Part shown: positions 32,020-37,254 of the stretch, piece after piece
How positions within the stretch are numbered: the first letter of the stretch is position 1
How the letters are laid out: every line of letters begins with the position of its first letter
Assembly: GCF_902713615.1 (NCBI RefSeq)
Contig: NW_024055474.1
Span: 1 to 37,254 of the forward strand
Source of the DNA: Scyliorhinus canicula
Lineage: Eukaryota
Length of the DNA: 37,254 nt
Reading direction: 5' to 3'
Program-made: the position numbers and the translations under genes
The notes under the pieces: generated by a model
Told to the model about the DNA's origin: nothing
Seen by the model: only the letters and a program-made list of their open reading frames with translations
Database searches by the model: none

Positions 32020-33519
32020 TATAATGAAATGATACCTAAGCTAGACAATGCCTCTGTAGTTTACGAGGTGCAATCTCAGGTATACCACACAGCACCAGGT
32101 GCAGCATCGAAATAGGAAAACAGTGTAGATAGTAAGTAAGTGAGAAGGCCATTCGGGCCCTGGCGAGCCGTTTCTCCATCCAACGTGGATCACAATGGGT
32201 TTCTCTATCAAAAACTTACCCCAGCACATTTTCCACACACTTTGACACATTTAGTGTTCTATTTCCTTCTTAAATATATCAGTTAATATTGCCTGCACAG
32301 CCACTGTCCCGAAAAAATGTTCATTTTAGATTTTATGGATCGTGCTCCATTTTCACTGCACTTCTTGTTATTGCTTCTGAGTCATGTCTCGGTAATTACT
32401 CGCCCAATGTTATCGGAATTGATATTCCACCAGCCAGCCTATCAATGTGTTATTCCTAGAACTGTAAACTCATACTGGAACATCTGAAGGCAACTTTCAG
32501 TAATGGATGGTTCCGAGGATAAACAAAGGGTCTGCTGTGTGCACATGGCGCAGCATTTGCCTGCGATCGGCTCGACCTCATACGCCCTCCATGTTTGCGA
32601 TTAGTTATTTCAAGTTCTTTCCTCGCAAATATATTTCATATTTGTGTATCAATGCAGGCAGCTAAACACCAGAACACTTACAAATACGCAAACCACCCGT
32701 CAACGTATCCGTCAACGAAAAGCACAATATGTCAGATATTGAAAGAGACAGATTTTATCAGAGATCAGACTTCAGCTTAGAGTTAGCAAGAGGTGTTTTG
32801 ATTGATGGAGGCGCAGAGAATTAGCTTGGGGCTGGGAGGGACCGCAAAGTTGCAGTCAGCAGTTCACCCCAGGGAACAATGAAAGGCATGGACTCGTCTC
32901 TTAATTTTTTATTCACCGATCTGTAACTAAAGGGCATGTTGGAATTTAATTGCCCCTCTGGAGACTCTCACTGGTATAGAATGAGGGGACCCTTTGGAAG
33001 TCTTGCAGAGCCGTAGTATGTGCACCTTGCAGAATTCAATTGGTTCCTGAAAGACGATGCATGGACCAGCGAATGGACCATTTTTAATGCCATTTATTAC
33101 CCGCACTCGCTATTATTGGGTGTCCCAGGTAAGAGCGGAAATCTCAACTGGCAATATTTATTTTTCTTCTGAATCTTCTTAACTCTTCCCTTTAAGGAGC
33201 GTGCTGAAAGGGTTTATTGCATTACGATATATTAGAGTGTATCACTTAATTTTGTATTACAGAGCAGGACAATAAATAGTCAATAAGTTACCCTTCACAC
33301 TTATAGAACAATTATTTATTAGACTGCAGAAATATGAGTTATAATGTTTAGCATTGTACGGACGTTATATTGTTAAACAGTGCAACACATTTGCTACAAA
33401 TCGTTATTGGGCTGCAGGATGGCACAGGAATGGGGAGGGATTAGTCTAATAAGCCGCATGAGGTAAGTGAAACAATCAAGAGAATGCTGAAATAGAGGCT
33501 TTGAAATAGGCAATCATAG

Positions 33520-33810
33520 AATCAGTTCAAATGGAGGCGATTCGAACATGTACCAAACTCTGAAAAGAGTACTGCGCCCAGGCTCAGTCCCCTCCGCTTT
33601 CCCAATAACCCCTTAGCCTCACCTAACCTACACATCTGCTTTAGACACTGGAGGGCAATTTAGAATAGCCAATCCAGCTAAACTGCACATTGTTGGGCTG
33701 TGAGAGGCACCCAGAGGAAAACCAGACAGATACAGGGAGAAAGTTAAAAATCTCCACACAGACAGTAACCCAAGGTCATAATTGAACCCAGGGCCCTGGC
33801 GCTGTGATCG
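33520..33810 (-). mobile_element. Diverged V-SINE in the GPCR intron
   Basis: Reverse complement of V-domain and head (GAACCCAGGGCCCTGGCGCTGTGA). Confidence 0.7.
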
Positions 33811-33884
33811 AATGCGTACATTTGCAATGGCTGAACGGGATGTGGTATGCGTTTTCATTAGGAAAAACAGTTTTGGATCATTGA

Positions 33885-34223
33885 ATCATAACATTTCCAG
33901 TGCACAAGGAGGCCATTCGGCCCATCGAATCTGCACCGGCCCTTGGAAGAGCACCCCACCCAAGCCCACACCTCCACCGTATCCCCGTAACCCAGTAACC
34001 CACCCAACCTTCCTGGACACGTAAGGGCAATTTCGCATGGCCAATCCACTTAACCTGCACATCTTTGGAATGTAGGAGGAAAACCGGAGCACCTGGAGGA
34101 GACCCACGCACACACGTGGAGGATGTGAAGACTCTGCACAGACAGTGACCCAAGCCGGGAATGGAACCTGAGACCCTGGAGCTGTGAAGCAACTGTGCTA
34201 ACCACTATGCTACCGTACCGCCC
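33885..34223 (-). mobile_element. V-SINE in the GPCR intron
   Basis: Full reverse-complement copy ending CTACCGTACCGCCC. Confidence 0.85.
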
Positions 34224-35999
34224 CTTTCAGTTGAGTTCACTGGCGATGCAAAATTGGGAGTGGTAGACATATGAAAGTGGTAAATAAGGGTTTGAGGCAG
34301 CTCTTAAGCTAAGGCAGACTTTCAGACCGGCGATACAATGGGCTGTGGAGAAATTGTCGAGTATGCAGTGTCGGTGCTTATGACCGACGGGTTTGGGAAT
34401 GTGGGCGTTTGGAAGTTCAGCCCACCGTCAAACAAGACTTGAATATTGTAAATGGTCTCTAACTTTAGAGGATGGCCAGCCACGGGAATCGACCCAGTGG
34501 CCAGAGAGCGAGTTTGTTGCAGGGACTGATTGTATATTTTATGAATTGACAAAACGTTTAATCCAGCATTGGATTTGCATCAAGTAGTAATGGTTTTTGA
34601 ATAATTGAAATCTGGAGGTGCGAAATGGACAGGTCAGGAGGGATTCGGTAGCGGAATGGATCAGGGAGTCGCTGGTTTTTGGAGTCTGCTCAGTGACGCC
34701 ATTCTCTTTTCCTCTATTACAGCCAACTTGATGCGATCATCATCCTATCCCGAGGACGGTGCGGACTCTCTCGCTGTATCACCTACTACCTGGTAGCGAT
34801 AGCATTGACTGATTTCCTTGTCATGGTCCACCGCTGTTATCCTCAACCGGATTGGTGGGCATTTACTTTAGGTACAGCGTCCTATCGATCACCCCCGGAT
34901 GCGCTGTCAGCACCGTGCTCGTTTATGCGACCCGTGATGGTTCAGTCTGGCTGACCGTGGCCTTCACCTTCGAACCGTTTTGTAACATCTGCTGTCAGAG
35001 ACTGAAGACCCGATACTGCACCTAGAAAAACTGCATTGATGGTCATAGGAATGGTCATTACCTTGAGCTACAGTCAAGAACATCCCTTTTTACTTCACCT
35101 ACCAGCCCTTGTACGTATTGGACGAGATTCCTGGTTCTGTGATATTAAGTCCAGCTATTACACGATCCCGTCGTGGGCAAGCTTATGACTGGCTCTACAC
35201 ATATTAACCCCCCTTCTTCCGTTCTTCTTTATTCTGATGCTCAACGCCCTGACTGTAAGGCACATTGTAGAGGCCAGCAGAGCCCGCAGGAGGCTCAAGG
35301 GCTCAGAGAGTGACGGAGATCCAGAGATAGCCAACCGCAAGAAGTCGATTGTCCTGCTCTTCGCCATCTCGCTCAGCTTCCTCCTCCTCTGGTCACATAT
35401 GTTGACATTCCTGTACGTTCGGGTTACAGCTGAGGCTACTTCACGGGTCTGGATTTCAATGACCACACTTCATCTTTCAAGAAACGACCAACAGTGCTTC
35501 AGTTACTCAGTTCCTGCAACAACACCTTCATCTATGCAGTAGCGCAGACCAAGTTCCGAAATGAGCTGAAGAAGTTTCTCATTTTTTCCCTTCGCCATTA
35601 TCACTGGTTGCTTTAGGTTGAACAGTGCTTCATGATCATGTTAAAGACTATGAATATATTTAGATGTCGACAGAATCTGAAATCATATTTGTTTACAAAG
35701 AGGTTACAGCCACACGATTTCATGCTCCTGAACAAAATAAACTATTTGCAAGACAATTTTATACTCCACTTTCGGAATTAACATGAGGTACATATGAAAT
35801 AGCAGCAAAGAGTGGTCGAACAAACCACACTGCACATTCAATGGCAGATGTCACATTTTTAAAAATGCTTATATTACAGTTTTTGATATCATACATTGTA
35901 CAATGACAAGGGTATGTGATGCGATTACAATATACAGGACTTTACACCCACCCGCACCCACTCCTTGACCACCTCTGGCCCCTGTTTTTGGTTGTTTAA

Positions 36000-36920
36000 A
36001 GATACTTTATTCGATCAGATAACGTAAAATAGGTGAAAGTCATCTATTTACATCAATGCAGCTCTTCCCTTCGCCTTCTCTTCTCCCACTTTGTAGATTG
36101 GCCCCGCTCCCCCTACCCCGCCCCCATCCTTCGTCTCTATTTCGGGTGTTTCTTTGGAGTTCTTTTCTTTGTGGCCTTGGCTCTAGGCCCCCGATTATCC
36201 GTTTCTGGTGTGCTCCAGCCTCCCCTCCTCTCTCCCTAACCTCCCTCCAAATCTCGTCCCCCTCCCTATTTTTCTCTGTTGTCCTCGGTCGTTCGGTCCG
36301 CCCCCCGCCCCCCCCCCCCCCCCCCCACAAACACACACACACATCCACAAACTTACCCTCCCCTCGCTCTTTTGGCTGTTGGCTTTCGGAAAGATGTTGG
36401 AACGCGTGGTGAATTGTCTCCTCGTTTTTGGAAGCCCGCCTCCTACCCTGCAAATGGCAAATTTTTATTTACTCCAGGGTGGAGAAATTACGACGCGTCT
36501 GCCACCCAGTCTGCTGTTGTGAGTCATGCTTTGATGCTTCAAGCTGAGCAGGATCCTCGGTGGGGCGATTAGGGAAGCAAAGGCAAGGGGGTCGACCCCT
36601 TTCCCTATGAATAGTTCTGGCTGGTTCGATACCCGAAGACTGCCATTCACCCGGCACGCGTCCACCCTCACAACCTTGGACATTGCCTCAATGAAGGCTG
36701 TCCAAAACCCGTCAAGTCTGGGGCATGCCCACAACATGTGGGTGTGGTTGGCTGCGGCTCCCTGGTGCCGTTCACATTTGTCCTCCACCTCCTTATTGTG
36801 GTTCTTGTCAGGTGCGCTCTGTGCACTACTTCAGTTGCATGAGGTTTAGCCTTGCATAAGCGAAGGTGTTGTTGGCCCTGTTCAGAGCTTCGGTCCAGAG
36901 TCTCCACTCGATTTCTGGTT
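36000..36920 (-). mobile_element. L1-clade 3' fragment (ORF2 C-terminus and 3' UTR)
   Basis: EDKCER...ANHTHMLWACPRL..FW; LAFASLIA..RILL; related to 25640-26517. Confidence 0.8.
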
Positions 36921-36929
36921 TAGCTGACT

Positions 36930-37098
36930 CGGCTAAATCGCTGGCTTTTAAAGCAGACCAAGCAGGCCAGCAGCACGGTTCGATTCCCGCACCAGCCTCC
37001 CCGGACAGGCGCCGGAATGTGGCGACTAGGGGCTTTTCACAGTAACTTCATTGAAGCCTACTCGTGACAATAAGCGATTTTCATTTTTCATTTCATTC
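36930..37098 (+). mobile_element. tRNA-derived SINE (same family as 18074-18220)
   Basis: GGCTAAATCGCTGGC...GGTTCGATTCCCG...GGGGCTTTTCACAGTAACTTCATTGAAG...(CATTT)n. Confidence 0.85.
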
Positions 37099-37254
37099 AA
37101 GTTGGTCCTCATATTTTTCTGTGTTTCGTCCAGTGGGGAGTGTTCAGTTCCTCCCTCCCAGGTTACACACGTACAGTACTCCTTCTTGCATTGTGCATCT
37201 CGGGTCCTTGGCTGTCTTGCAGTCTCCTTACCTAGAAAGATCTAACCTGTATGT

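Larger units (their letters stand above)
33057..35616 (+). pseudogene. GPR139-like: Two-exon class A GPCR pseudogene, GPR139-like shark family (exon 1 33057-33128, exon 2 34723-35616)
   Basis: Exon 1 MHGP...AIYYP...GVP, G|GTAAGA; acceptor TTCCTCTATTACAG; ANL..IIILSRGRCGLSRCITYYLVAIA, SVWLTVAFTF, ICCQRLKTRYCT*, LNALTVRHIVEASRARRRL, NRKKSIVLLFAIS, LLSSCNNTFIYAVAQTKFRNELK; several frameshifts and a stop. Confidence 0.85.

Overview
Cartilaginous-fish (shark) genomic DNA; the repeat content suggests a catshark-like species (inference). Bases ~5.0-21.3 kb are part of a T-cell receptor alpha/delta-type V-segment cluster. Four minus-strand V genes have an open frame, a leader exon and an RSS (spacers 23, 24, 22, 23 nt). 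There is one inverted plus-strand V pseudogene, one decayed minus-strand V paralog and possibly one very old V-like relic. The cluster also holds a tRNA-Thr(CGT) gene. To its right lie a 1-kb CA-rich tract, nested L1 copies, a tRNA-Glu(TTC) with a 9-bp duplication and a two-exon GPR139-like GPCR pseudogene. Repeats are dense: V-SINEs (HE1-like), two other tRNA-derived SINE types, CR1, RTE, L1 and a solo LTR. The most striking structure is four Penelope-like element (PLE) insertions from two families (one 3.9 kb, three ~200 bp) with one shared head-to-head fold-back layout. Each has a full 3' tail on one arm and a second arm ending ~35 nt short of the 3' end. Each is flanked by a TSD (11-12 bp; 7 bp in the oldest copy) and carries a minimal hammerhead ribozyme motif, degenerate in two of the small copies. 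There are no CRISPR or prokaryotic features. Coordinates were counted by eye; SINE/LINE boundaries are approximate.
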